Assembly (NCBI GenBank): GCA_005879315.1
Contig: VBLC01000044.1
Location: forward strand, 1,805-65,804
Direction: 5' to 3'
Source of the DNA: Deltaproteobacteria bacterium
Lineage (GTDB): Bacteria > Myxococcota > Myxococcia > Myxococcales > 40CM-4-68-19
DNA: 64,000 bases
Part shown: positions 31,243 to 39,948 of the stretch, one piece after another
Layout: each line of letters opens with the position of its first letter
Numbering within the stretch: the first letter of the stretch is position 1
Made by a program: the position numbers and the translations under genes
Notes under the pieces: generated by a model
What the model was told of the DNA's origin: nothing
Databases searched by the model: none
What the model saw: the letters and a program-made list of their open reading frames with translations, nothing else

Positions 31243-33278
31243 AGAGGTTCGCGGCGCTCGCGCTGCTCTTGCCGTGCGCCGCGCTGGCCTGGCAGGGGCA
31301 TCGAGCCGCCGACGGGCAGTTCTTGCGCTGGTCCTTTCCCGACAAGCAGCCGATGGTCGTGCGGCTGGTCGCGCCGCCGCCCTCGCTGCGCCTCAAGGCC
31401 GGCTCGGATCTGCACGCCGCGCTCACCTACGCGGCCGAGGCATGGCAGGCAGTCGAGACCGCGCATGCGCCGGTGCGCGTGCTCGAGCAGGTTGCTCCGC
31501 GCCAGCCGCAGCGAGGCGAAGTGCTGGTGAGCTTCGAGACGGCAGCGGTCTTCCCGCCGGGCCGCGACGCCGCCGGCTTCACCGAGCTCTCCCTCGAAGG
31601 TCACGACATCACCGCCGCGCGCGTGCACCTCAACGCCGCCGACTTCGACTGGTCCACCGACGGGAGCCAGAGCGCGCTCGACGTCCAGACGGTCGCCGCC
31701 GAGCACCTGGGCCACGCGCTCGGCCTCGCCCATCCCTGCGGCGACCTCGACACTGACCTGCCTTCCTGCGCGACGCTGCCGGCCGCGCTGCTGCGAGACT
31801 TGCAGCGCGACGTCATGTTCGCCTCTCTCGCGCCCGGGCCGCGCAGGACGCTGGCGCAGGACGATCGCGACGGCCTGACCGCGCTCCTGCCCGCCGCTGC
31901 GCCTGAGATCGCTCCCGAGCTGCTCGCTCTCTTGCCCCGCTGCCTCGAGTCAGCGACACCGCCGCAGCTCACGCTGCGCGTCGGGCGGACACCGAAGACG
32001 CTGGTGCGGCTCGAGCTCTACAAGTCCGGAATCCTCGTCCAGTCGCAGCCGCTGCAGCGCAACGCCAAGGGCGAGCTCTCCGTCCAGTTCGGGGCTGACC
32101 TCCCCGCGCCGCCAGCGAGGCTCGATGCGCTCCTGGTGGCAGACTCGGAGAAGGCCGGCGCGCTCCTCGGGGCGCTCGAGCTGAGCCTGTCGTGCAAGGC
32201 AGGCGGCTGCGCCAGCGGCGGCGCCTCTCTGCTCGCGCTCGTGCCGCTCCTGCTCTTCGCGCTGCGGCGCAAGCGGACGCTGCTTCTCGCCTTGCTCTTC
32301 GCCGAGCCGGCTCTCGCCTACAAGCGGACCCTCAATTCGGGCGGCCTTTGCATCTGGTGGGACAGCCGCGGACACAGCTTCATGATCGACGCGCGCGGCA
32401 CCCCGGACGTCGTCGGCGACGCGGCCTTCACCGCAATCCGCAGCAGCTTCCAGACCTGGTCGACCACGACTTGCTCGGACCTCTCCTTTCCCGACCAGGG
32501 CCTCTCGATGGATCCGCGCGACCGCGTGGTCGGGTACTTTCCGCGCGTCTGCTCCGGCTGCGGGTGCATCACTCCCGTCAACCGCAACCTCGTCCTCTTC
32601 CGCACCGCGAACTGCCGCCAGCAGGGTGTCGTGCCCTCCGGCGATCCGTGCCTGAGCAAAGGCGGCTGCGGCAACACGTACGACTGCTGGGACCGCGGCG
32701 ACGGCGTCCTCGCCACCACGACGACCACCTCGAACAGCTTCACCGGCCAGATCTACGACAGCGACATCGAGATCAACGACTCGCCGGCGGCCGACGGCAG
32801 CAAGCTCGTCTTCACCGCTCTCGATGGGCCGCCCTGCACCGGGCCCAACCAGACCGGCTGCATCTATTACGACGTGCAGAACACCATCACCCACGAGGCC
32901 GGGCATTCGCTCGGGCTCGACCACAGCCTCGATCCGACCGCGACCATGTACGCCAGCGCGCCGCAGGGCGAGATCAGCAAGCGCACGCTGCACGCCGACG
33001 ACATCCAGGCCATCTGCGACATCTATCCGCGCAGCCTCGACGGCGGCCTGTCGCGCACCGTGACTTGCCTGGGCGATCCGATCACGCTCACCTCAACCGC
33101 CGGATCGAGCGGCGGCTGCGGCTGCTCGCAGGCTCAGGCGGGATCGGGCGCGGCGCTCGCGGCGCTGCTCTTCCTGCTCCAGAGGAAGCGCCGCTCGAAA
33201 AGAAGGCCCCAGCTGGCGATGATCCCGAGCAGCGCTGCCGCCAGCGCGAGCTTGCGGCCGAACGGCAACGTCTCCTGA
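31239..33278 (+). CDS. tandem matrixin-like metzincin; one 679-codon ORF containing two protease-like modules, each ending in a MYXO-CTERM-like tag
   Basis: Module 1 has VAAEHLGHALGLAHP (31701-31733, HE swapped to EH). Module 2 has the canonical HEAGHSLGLDH (32892-32924) plus an ATMYA Met-turn. Tags are GGCASGGASLLALVPLLLFALRRKR (32190-32276) and GGCGCSQAQAGSGAALAALLFLLQRKRR (33102-33206). Confidence 0.7.
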   Translation: MKRFAALALLLPCAALAWQGHRAADGQFLRWSFPDKQPMVVRLVAPPPSLRLKAGSDLHAALTYAAEAWQAVETAHAPVRVLEQVAPRQPQRGEVLVSFETAAVFPPGRDAAGFTELSLEGHDITAARVHLNAADFDWSTDGSQSALDVQTVAAEHLGHALGLAHPCGDLDTDLPSCATLPAALLRDLQRDVMFASLAPGPRRTLAQDDRDGLTALLPAAAPEIAPELLALLPRCLESATPPQLTLRVGRTPKTLVRLELYKSGILVQSQPLQRNAKGELSVQFGADLPAPPARLDALLVADSEKAGALLGALELSLSCKAGGCASGGASLLALVPLLLFALRRKRTLLLALLFAEPALAYKRTLNSGGLCIWWDSRGHSFMIDARGTPDVVGDAAFTAIRSSFQTWSTTTCSDLSFPDQGLSMDPRDRVVGYFPRVCSGCGCITPVNRNLVLFRTANCRQQGVVPSGDPCLSKGGCGNTYDCWDRGDGVLATTTTTSNSFTGQIYDSDIEINDSPAADGSKLVFTALDGPPCTGPNQTGCIYYDVQNTITHEAGHSLGLDHSLDPTATMYASAPQGEISKRTLHADDIQAICDIYPRSLDGGLSRTVTCLGDPITLTSTAGSSGGCGCSQAQAGSGAALAALLFLLQRKRRSKRRPQLAMIPSSAAASASLRPNGNVS

Positions 33279-34213
33279 AACCAGAGAAGCGCGGTCGTGC
33301 CGGCGACGGCGAGCGCGAGCGTCGCCGCCAGCCAGCCAACCTCGCGCCGCGAGAGCTGGACCGCGTGCTTCTCTTGCTGCGCGCGCGTGATCTCTGGCGT
33401 CGGCGGATGGCCCCACTCCGGCCCCTTCAAGAAGACGCGCACCTTGTCGAAGCCTTTGAGCTGCACGCTGCGCCTGCGCATGTCGAAGAAGTGATGCATC
33501 TGTGCCCAGATCGGGTCGAAGCTCTTGAGCGGCTTGACCAGCCCGTAGACGGCCTCTTCCTTCTCCTCTTCGAAGGTGCCGAAGAGGCGGTCCCAGATGC
33601 AGAGGGTGGCAGCGTAGTTCTTGTCGAGATAGCGCGGATTGATCCCGTGATGCACCCGGTGCTGCGAGGGCGTGTTGAAGAGCCTTTCGAAAATTCCCAG
33701 CTTCCCCACCAGCTCGGTATGGATCCAGAATTGATAGAGGGTCGACGCCGATTCGATGATGAGAAACGTGGCGGGCGGCACGCCGATCAGGGCGAGCGGC
33801 AGGTGCAGCGGCCAGAGGGTCCACACCGAGAGCACCGCCTGCCGCAGCGCAACCGCCAGGTTGTAGTCCTCGCTCTGGTGGTGGACGATGTGCACCGCCC
33901 AGAGCGCGTTGACCTCGTGCGAGAGCCGATGCCAGAAGTAGTAGGCGAGGTCGACGGCGAAGAAGGCGATGAGCCAGGGCCAGACCGAGCCGGGCCTGAA
34001 TTCGATCCATCGATGTCTGTAGAGCCAGGTGTATCCGGCGGTGAGGAAGCCGACCTCGAAGACGAGGAAGATCTGCTGCGTCATGCCGCAGGAGAGATCG
34101 GCCACCGCATCGGCAAAGCGATAGAGCTTGAGCCCGCGGCGCCGGGCGAGCCAGAGCTCGACGCCCATCAGCAAGAAGAAGAAGGGAATGGCCAGCGCGA
34201 TCGGATTCGGCAT
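33134..34213 (-). CDS. fatty acid hydroxylase / sterol desaturase superfamily membrane protein
   Basis: His boxes HRLSHE, HIVHHQSEDYN and HRVHHG. Start at ATG 34213 (MPNPIALAIPFFF); the upstream extension in the track is rejected. Confidence 0.85.
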   Translation of the reverse strand: MPNPIALAIPFFFLLMGVELWLARRRGLKLYRFADAVADLSCGMTQQIFLVFEVGFLTAGYTWLYRHRWIEFRPGSVWPWLIAFFAVDLAYYFWHRLSHEVNALWAVHIVHHQSEDYNLAVALRQAVLSVWTLWPLHLPLALIGVPPATFLIIESASTLYQFWIHTELVGKLGIFERLFNTPSQHRVHHGINPRYLDKNYAATLCIWDRLFGTFEEEKEEAVYGLVKPLKSFDPIWAQMHHFFDMRRRSVQLKGFDKVRVFLKGPEWGHPPTPEITRAQQEKHAVQLSRREVGWLAATLALAVAGTTALLWFQETLPFGRKLALAAALLGIIASWGLLFERRFLWSRKSSAASAAPDPA

Positions 34214-34671
34214 TACTCCTCGGACTCGAGATCCTCTTCGTCGTCGGGCTCGGTCAGGGGCGAAGGAGCCATCTTCTCCGGCCGCTCCACTTTCTTCGCT
34301 GCCAGCCGGCGATCGTCCTCGCGGGCGCTGAGAGCCACCTGGCCTTGCCCGTCCAGCTCGAAAGTCACCAGTATCCGCGGTTCGCCGGCCTTGGCGGGAC
34401 TGATGCCCTCGACCATCCACCATGCGTCGCTGTGCAGCTTGTCGGCCGTGTGGCCCGCGCCGCGCAGCACGTGGATGAGGATGTGCTTCTCGCCGTCCTT
34501 CGCGGTGGTGAAGCTCTCGGTTGCGCTGGTCGGGATCTCGCTCCCTTGCGAGAAGAGCTGCGCCACCGAACCGCCGGGCTGCTCCACCGAGACCGGCTCG
34601 CCCAGCGAAGGAGGCCGCGTCTCTTTCTTGCAGGCAGCGAGAGCGAGGACGAGCAGCAGCGCCCGCTTCAC
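34213..34671 (-). CDS. lipoprotein consisting of an Hsp70 (DnaK) substrate-binding beta-domain only
   Basis: Tail of track ORF 34213..38976 from GTG 34671 (GTGA overlap with the aminotransferase stop). Lipobox VKRALLLVLALAAC. ILIHVLRGAG...GISPAKAGEPRILVTFELDGQGQVALSARE aligns with the window's own Dna[11 protein letters not shown]...[30 protein letters not shown]. Confidence 0.65.
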   Translation of the reverse strand: MKRALLLVLALAACKKETRPPSLGEPVSVEQPGGSVAQLFSQGSEIPTSATESFTTAKDGEKHILIHVLRGAGHTADKLHSDAWWMVEGISPAKAGEPRILVTFELDGQGQVALSAREDDRRLAAKKVERPEKMAPSPLTEPDDEEDLESEE

Positions 34672-36011
34672 CGCACCGCCTCCGCCAAGGCATCGGCGAG
34701 GATGCGGATGGCGTCGTCCACCTGTCCCCGCGAGACCGTCAAAGGCGGCGCGATGCGCAGCGCATTTGCGTAGAGGCCGCCCTTGCCGATGAGCAGCCCG
34801 CGCTTGCGCGAGGCTTCCATCAGCCGCGCCGTGGCGGGGCCGTCGGGCTCCTTGGTGCCGCGATCCTTGACCAGCTCGATGGCCTGCATGAGACCCATCC
34901 CGCGCACTTCCCCGATGGCAGGGAAGCTTTGTCGAAGGTCCTCGAGCCCTTCCCGCAGCGCCTTGCCCATCATCTGCGCATTGAAGAGCAGCTTTTCCTC
35001 CTCGATGACCTGGATGGTGGCCTTGGCCGCCGCCATGCTCGGCGGTCCCCCGCCGAAAGTGGAGATGCTGTTGTAGGTCGCCTTGTCGGCCAGTTTCGCC
35101 CTCGCCATGGTGAGGCCGATGGGCTGGCCGTTCGCCATGCCTTTGGCGCTGGTGAGGATGTCGGGCTCGACACCGAAATGCTCGATGCCCCACCACTTCT
35201 CGCCGGTGCGGCCCCAGGCCGTCTGCACTTCGTCGACGATGATCTGGCCGCCGGCGGCGCGCACGATGGGCGCGACGATCTGGAAGTACTCCTTGGGCGG
35301 AACGATGAATCCGCCCACGCCCATGATCGGCTCTGCGATGAAACCCGCGACCTCGCCGGTGGTGGTGGTCTCGATCAGGTTCTTGACGTCCTTGGCGCAG
35401 GCGAGCCCGCAGTCGGGATAGGTGAGGCCGAAATCGCAGCGGTAGCAGTAGGGCGCGTGAGCGTGCTTGATGCCGGGGATTTCGCTCTGCAGCGGGCGGT
35501 AGTTCTTGTTGCCCATCATGTTGACCGCGAGCGCGCCCCGGCCGCCGTAGCTGTGGCGCAGGGCGATGAGGTCGAGGCGGCCGCTGGCGACTTTGGCCAG
35601 CTGTACCGCGGTCTCGTTGGCCTCGGTGCCCGAGTTGGTGAAGAAGACCTTGGCGGGCTCCTTCATCGGCCGCAATTGGACGAGCTTCTCGGCCAGCTCG
35701 ATCTGCGGGACGGTGGGGTAGAGCGTCGAGACGTGCACCAGCTTCTTCTGCTGCTCGATGACCGCCTCGGTCACTCGCGGATGGCAATGGCCCACCGAGA
35801 CGGTGAGGATGCCGGCGAAGAAGTCGAGATACTCCTTGCCGTCGACGTCGCGGAGCGTGAGTCCCTTGCCGGACTCGAGGACGAGCGGCTCCTGGTAGTA
35901 GGTGCCGACGTTGGGAAAGAGCAGTTCCTTCTGCTTGCGGCGGAGGGTGGCGCTGCGCGAGTCGTCCATCGGCCGGAAGATAGCAGAAAGCGGGGCACGG
36001 CCGAGAGCCAT
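34668..36011 (-). CDS. class III (omega-type) aminotransferase, likely beta-alanine/aminobutyrate-type
   Basis: 447 aa. FTNSGTEANE, DEVQTAWGRTG and LTSAKGMANG (PLP Lys). Sits in a pyrimidine catabolic context. Confidence 0.9.
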   Translation of the reverse strand: MALGRAPLSAIFRPMDDSRSATLRRKQKELLFPNVGTYYQEPLVLESGKGLTLRDVDGKEYLDFFAGILTVSVGHCHPRVTEAVIEQQKKLVHVSTLYPTVPQIELAEKLVQLRPMKEPAKVFFTNSGTEANETAVQLAKVASGRLDLIALRHSYGGRGALAVNMMGNKNYRPLQSEIPGIKHAHAPYCYRCDFGLTYPDCGLACAKDVKNLIETTTTGEVAGFIAEPIMGVGGFIVPPKEYFQIVAPIVRAAGGQIIVDEVQTAWGRTGEKWWGIEHFGVEPDILTSAKGMANGQPIGLTMARAKLADKATYNSISTFGGGPPSMAAAKATIQVIEEEKLLFNAQMMGKALREGLEDLRQSFPAIGEVRGMGLMQAIELVKDRGTKEPDGPATARLMEASRKRGLLIGKGGLYANALRIAPPLTVSRGQVDDAIRILADALAEAVR

Positions 36012-36038
36012 GCCCCGCTGGAATTGATGCGCCGCTCT

Positions 36039-36590
36039 TTAGAAGTAGTAGCTGGCGAAGAGGCCGGAGGTGCTGGTGGACAGCTGCGTGGTCGTCGAGG
36101 AGCCCGTCGGCCCGCCGATGTTCCCGATGGTGAAGCCGAGAGCGAGCACGCCGCCGACCGAGAAGCGATCGGTGAACAAGTACTCGACGCCAACCCCTCC
36201 CGCGAAGGTGAGCGCCTCGGCCCCGTCGGTCGCACTGACCTTGTAGCGGGTGAGCACGACCGAGGGCTGCAGGAAGAGCGCGATGCGATCGCGCTTGTGC
36301 TGGTACATGCGCGCGCCCAGGCCGAGTGTCAGGGTGGCGGGGCCGTAGCCGGACGAAAGAATGGCGTCGAAGCCGACCTCGGCGCGCACCGCCACTCCAT
36401 CGTTGATGAAGTAGCTTGCTCCGATGGTGCTGGCGAAAGCCGGCGAGCCGCCGACGCTCACCGTCGATCCTGGTAGCTCGGGCGCGGGACCCAGGCCGAA
36501 GGACAGACCCATCATTCCCTTGGAGTCGAAGTCCATCCTCCCAGGCGAGGTGACGGCGGCGGCTGCGACGAGGATTGCGAGCAGGGGCAT
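36039..36590 (-). CDS. small outer-membrane beta-barrel protein
   Basis: Signal MPLLAILVAAAAV, alternating beta-strand pattern and a C-terminal aromatic end SGLFASYYF. Confidence 0.7.
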   Translation of the reverse strand: MPLLAILVAAAAVTSPGRMDFDSKGMMGLSFGLGPAPELPGSTVSVGGSPAFASTIGASYFINDGVAVRAEVGFDAILSSGYGPATLTLGLGARMYQHKRDRIALFLQPSVVLTRYKVSATDGAEALTFAGGVGVEYLFTDRFSVGGVLALGFTIGNIGGPTGSSTTTQLSTSTSGLFASYYF

Positions 36591-36665
36591 TTTGGAACCT
36601 CCCCCTCCGTCGTAGCCGAGGCGCGCAGATAGGCAATTTTTTGTCGGTCGCGCCTGCGAAAAGCC

Positions 36666-38051
36666 TTACGCGAGGGTCAGGCCCCGCTTGAGAAAGCGGC
36701 CTTCGCCCTTGCGGCCGATGAAGTTGCCGTTCTCCACCACCGGCTTGCCGCGGGAGAGAACGACCGTCGGCGCGCCCACCACCTCGCGGCCCTCGTAAGG
36801 GTTGTAGTCGACCTTCATGTGATGGGTCTTGGCGGAGAGCGTGTGGCGCTTCTCCGGGTCCCAGACGACGACGTCGGCATCGGCGCCAGGCGCGAGCGTT
36901 CCCTTCTTGCCGAAGAGGCCGAAGATCCTGGCCGGCGCTGCCGAGTTGAGCTGCACCCAGCGGTTCAGGCTGATCTTGCCGCTGCGCACGCCTTCGAAGG
37001 TGAGAGAGAGCCGCGTCTCGACCCCGGGCGCGCCGTTGGGGATCTTGCTGAAGTCGGCTTTTCCGAGCTCCTTCTCCTTCATGCAGAAGGGGCAGTGGTC
37101 TGTGGAGACGCACTGCAAGTCGTCGAGCTGCAGCCCGCGCCAGAGGTGCTGCTCGTTGCCGGGCATGCGCAGCGGCGGGCTCATCACGTACTTGCTGCCG
37201 GCGAAGCCCGGCTCCTCGTAGTTGCGATGGTCGAGGAAGAGATACTGCGGGCAGGTCTCGGCGTAGGCCCTGACGCCCCGATCCCGGGCCATGCGCACCT
37301 GCTCGAGCGCCTCCGCGGCAGAGAGGTGGACGATGTAGAGCGGCACCTTGGCCACTTCGGCGAGAGCCAGGACCCGATGGCTCGCCTCGGCCTCGAGTCG
37401 CGCCGGCCGCGTCAGCGCGTGCCAGACCGGCGCGGTCTCGCCGCGCGCCTTCGCTTCCTCGATGAGGACGTCGATGACCGGCCCGTTCTCGGCGTGCATG
37501 CAGATGAGGCCGCCGTTCTCGCCGGTCTTGCGCAGGGCGCGGAAGATGCTCGCGTCGTCGACGTAGAAGACGCCGGGGTAGGCGGTGAAGAGCTTGAAGC
37601 TGGTGACGCCTTCGCGCTTGACGAGGTCGTCCATGTCGCTGAGGGCCTGCTTGTTCACCTCGCGGACGATCATGTGGAAGCCGTAGTCGATGACCGCCTT
37701 GCCTTCGGCCTTGCCGTGCCAGTCGGCGAGGCCGGCCTTGAGCGAACCGCCCTGCGGCTGGATGGCGAAGTCGACGATGGTGGTGGTCCCGCCGAACGCG
37801 GCCGCCTTGGTTCCCGACTCGAAGTCGTCGGCGCTGGTCGTGCCGCCGAAGGGCATGTCGAGGTGCGTGTGCACGTCGATGCCGCCGGGGATGACGTACT
37901 TGCCGCGCGCATCGATGCGCTTGTCGAGCTTGCCGTAGACCTTGGCGAGGTCCTTGCCGACGGCGCCGATCTTCTCGTCCTCGATGACCAGATCGGCGAC
38001 GAAGGTGTCGGTCGGCGTGACCAGCGTCCCGTTCTCGATGATGGTGCGCAT
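36666..38051 (-). CDS. dihydropyrimidinase / D-hydantoinase
   Basis: 461 aa. PGGIDVHTHLDMPFGGT and the cyclic amidohydrolase pattern throughout. Confidence 0.9.
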   Translation of the reverse strand: MRTIIENGTLVTPTDTFVADLVIEDEKIGAVGKDLAKVYGKLDKRIDARGKYVIPGGIDVHTHLDMPFGGTTSADDFESGTKAAAFGGTTTIVDFAIQPQGGSLKAGLADWHGKAEGKAVIDYGFHMIVREVNKQALSDMDDLVKREGVTSFKLFTAYPGVFYVDDASIFRALRKTGENGGLICMHAENGPVIDVLIEEAKARGETAPVWHALTRPARLEAEASHRVLALAEVAKVPLYIVHLSAAEALEQVRMARDRGVRAYAETCPQYLFLDHRNYEEPGFAGSKYVMSPPLRMPGNEQHLWRGLQLDDLQCVSTDHCPFCMKEKELGKADFSKIPNGAPGVETRLSLTFEGVRSGKISLNRWVQLNSAAPARIFGLFGKKGTLAPGADADVVVWDPEKRHTLSAKTHHMKVDYNPYEGREVVGAPTVVLSRGKPVVENGNFIGRKGEGRFLKRGLTLA

Positions 38052-38060
38052 GCGCTGCTC

Positions 38061-38927
38061 CTAGGGAAGCTGCTTGACCATGTTCTCGTACGTCTCCGGC
38101 CGGCGGTCGCGGTAGAACTGCCAGACGCGGCGGACCTCCTCGATCAGATCGAGGTTGAGGTCGGCGACGATCAGCTCGTCGCGGTCCTCGCTGCCCTCGG
38201 CGAGAACATTGCCGCGCGGATCGACGAAGTAGGAATGGCCATAGAACTTGCCGATGTTCCAGGGCGCCTCGGTGCCGACGCGGTTGATGCAGCCCATGAA
38301 ATATCCGTTGGCCACGGCATGGGCGGGCTGCTCCAGCTTCCAGAGATATTGCGAAAGCCCCGCGACCGTCGCGCTGGGATTGAAGACGATCTCCGCCCCC
38401 GAAAGGCCCAGCAGCCGCGCCCCCTCGGGGAAGTGGCGGTCGTAGCAGATGTACACGCCGATGGTCGCGTGCTTCGTCTTGAAGACCGGATATCCGAGAT
38501 TGCCGGGCTTGAAGTAGTACTTCTCCCAGAACCCCGCCGTCTGCGGAATGTGGTTCTTGCGGTACTTGCCGAGATAAGTTCCATCGGCGTCGATGACGGC
38601 GGCGGTGTTGTAGTAGACGCCGGCCATCTCCCGTTCGTAGACCGGCACCACCAGCGCCATCTGATGCTGCCGCGCGAACTTCTGCAGCCGCTCGACGGTC
38701 GGTCCGGGCACCGGCTCGGCAGCGTCGTACCAGTCGGGTGTCTGCGCCGGACAGAAATAGGGGCCGTTGAAGATCTCCTGCAAGCAGAGGATCTGCACCC
38801 CCCGGCGCGCCGCCTCCTCGAGCAAGGGGATGTGCTTCTCGAACATCGCCTCCTGGATCTCCTTCACGGAGCCGTCGGACCTGGCGTTGGCGCACTGGAT
38901 GAGGCCGGAGCGGACGGTGCGGGGCAT
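38061..38927 (-). CDS. beta-ureidopropionase-like carbon-nitrogen hydrolase (nitrilase superfamily)
   Basis: 288 aa. LCLQEIF (catalytic Glu region), YRKNHIP (Lys) and GVYICYDRHFPE (Cys). Confidence 0.85.
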   Translation of the reverse strand: MPRTVRSGLIQCANARSDGSVKEIQEAMFEKHIPLLEEAARRGVQILCLQEIFNGPYFCPAQTPDWYDAAEPVPGPTVERLQKFARQHQMALVVPVYEREMAGVYYNTAAVIDADGTYLGKYRKNHIPQTAGFWEKYYFKPGNLGYPVFKTKHATIGVYICYDRHFPEGARLLGLSGAEIVFNPSATVAGLSQYLWKLEQPAHAVANGYFMGCINRVGTEAPWNIGKFYGHSYFVDPRGNVLAEGSEDRDELIVADLNLDLIEEVRRVWQFYRDRRPETYENMVKQLP

Positions 38928-39101
38928 GTCGTTCTCCTCCGGGCGGCAAGGTCGCGCGGAAGGAGCTTCGGGTCAACCCATGAAAGCGGACGCTGCTTGC
39001 CTTCGCCGCGCGTTTGCGAGACAGTTTCCCCGAGGCTTGAACCTCGCCGGCCTCCGCACCCGCAGCTCTAGAACGCGCACCTTCGAGATGGGAGGGCCGT
39101 C

Positions 39102-39899
39102 ATGGCCCGCAAGAACACGGCAGCGGCGTTGAAGCCTGAGTCGTCCAATGGCAAGGGACCGCGGACGCCCCCCGACGCGCGCAAGGATCTGCTCGATCGG
39201 GCGGCGCGCAACCTGGCGGGCGCCTGTCAGTTCCGCTCCGATCCGCTCTCCGACGCGAAGGGCTGCAGGGCGGTGGTGGAGGCCATCCGGGTCCATCGGG
39301 CGGAGCTCGCCCGGCGCGGCCTGACGGCAGCGTATGGCGAGGCCGCGCTCCAGCTGGCGCGGGAGATCGAGGACCACCTGCAGGCGCTATCGGCAGCCGC
39401 GGTGACGGCGCGAGGGCGATCGCCGGAGGCTGCCGAGCTGCTCGCCGACGCTGCCGCCACGGCGCAGGCGGTGCGTGAGGCGGCGCTTCGCGTCTCACGC
39501 GGCGCCGACGGCCGGCGGCTGGCGCGCGACTTCGGCGTCGGGGAGCCGTTCAGCGCCCGCCAACAGGGGCACGTCCTGCGCGCGCTGCGGAAGATTCTCG
39601 CCGCCATCGAAGCGCATCCGAATGTGGCCGCCGACATCGGCCTGCTTCCCGAGGACGTGCAGACCATCGAGGGTCTCGCCGCCGAGCTGGAGCGGCTCCC
39701 GGTCGGGCCGCTCTCGGACGAGCAGGCCAAGCTCTTCGAGGCGCACGCCGCGCTGCGCGCTTTCTTCGATCTGGTCTCGGCCAAGGCGTCGCTGGCGCTG
39801 GCGGCGGATCCCGACGAGCGCGCCCGGCTGCTCTCGCTGATTCCGCGCGGCGAGGATCGGCGGCATCTGCGCCGGCAGCCCGAATCTGCGTCGGTGTAG
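39102..39899 (+). CDS. hypothetical Ala/Arg-rich helical protein
   Basis: Track ORF of 265 aa with an ATG start preceded by GGGAGGG. No recognisable motif. Confidence 0.5.
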   Translation: MARKNTAAALKPESSNGKGPRTPPDARKDLLDRAARNLAGACQFRSDPLSDAKGCRAVVEAIRVHRAELARRGLTAAYGEAALQLAREIEDHLQALSAAAVTARGRSPEAAELLADAAATAQAVREAALRVSRGADGRRLARDFGVGEPFSARQQGHVLRALRKILAAIEAHPNVAADIGLLPEDVQTIEGLAAELERLPVGPLSDEQAKLFEAHAALRAFFDLVSAKASLALAADPDERARLLSLIPRGEDRRHLRRQPESASV

Positions 39900-39948
39900 G
39901 TTTTACCGCACTCCCGGCTGGCGGGTATGAACGGCTGGGAGGAAGACC

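Noticed and set aside
34672-38976. Upstream 1435 codons of the 1587-aa minus-strand ORF 34213..38976
   Set aside because: It is out of frame across the aminotransferase, OMP, dihydropyrimidinase and ureidopropionase genes, which are all recognisable in their own frames. Only the last 152 codons (the Hsp70-SBD lipoprotein) are kept.
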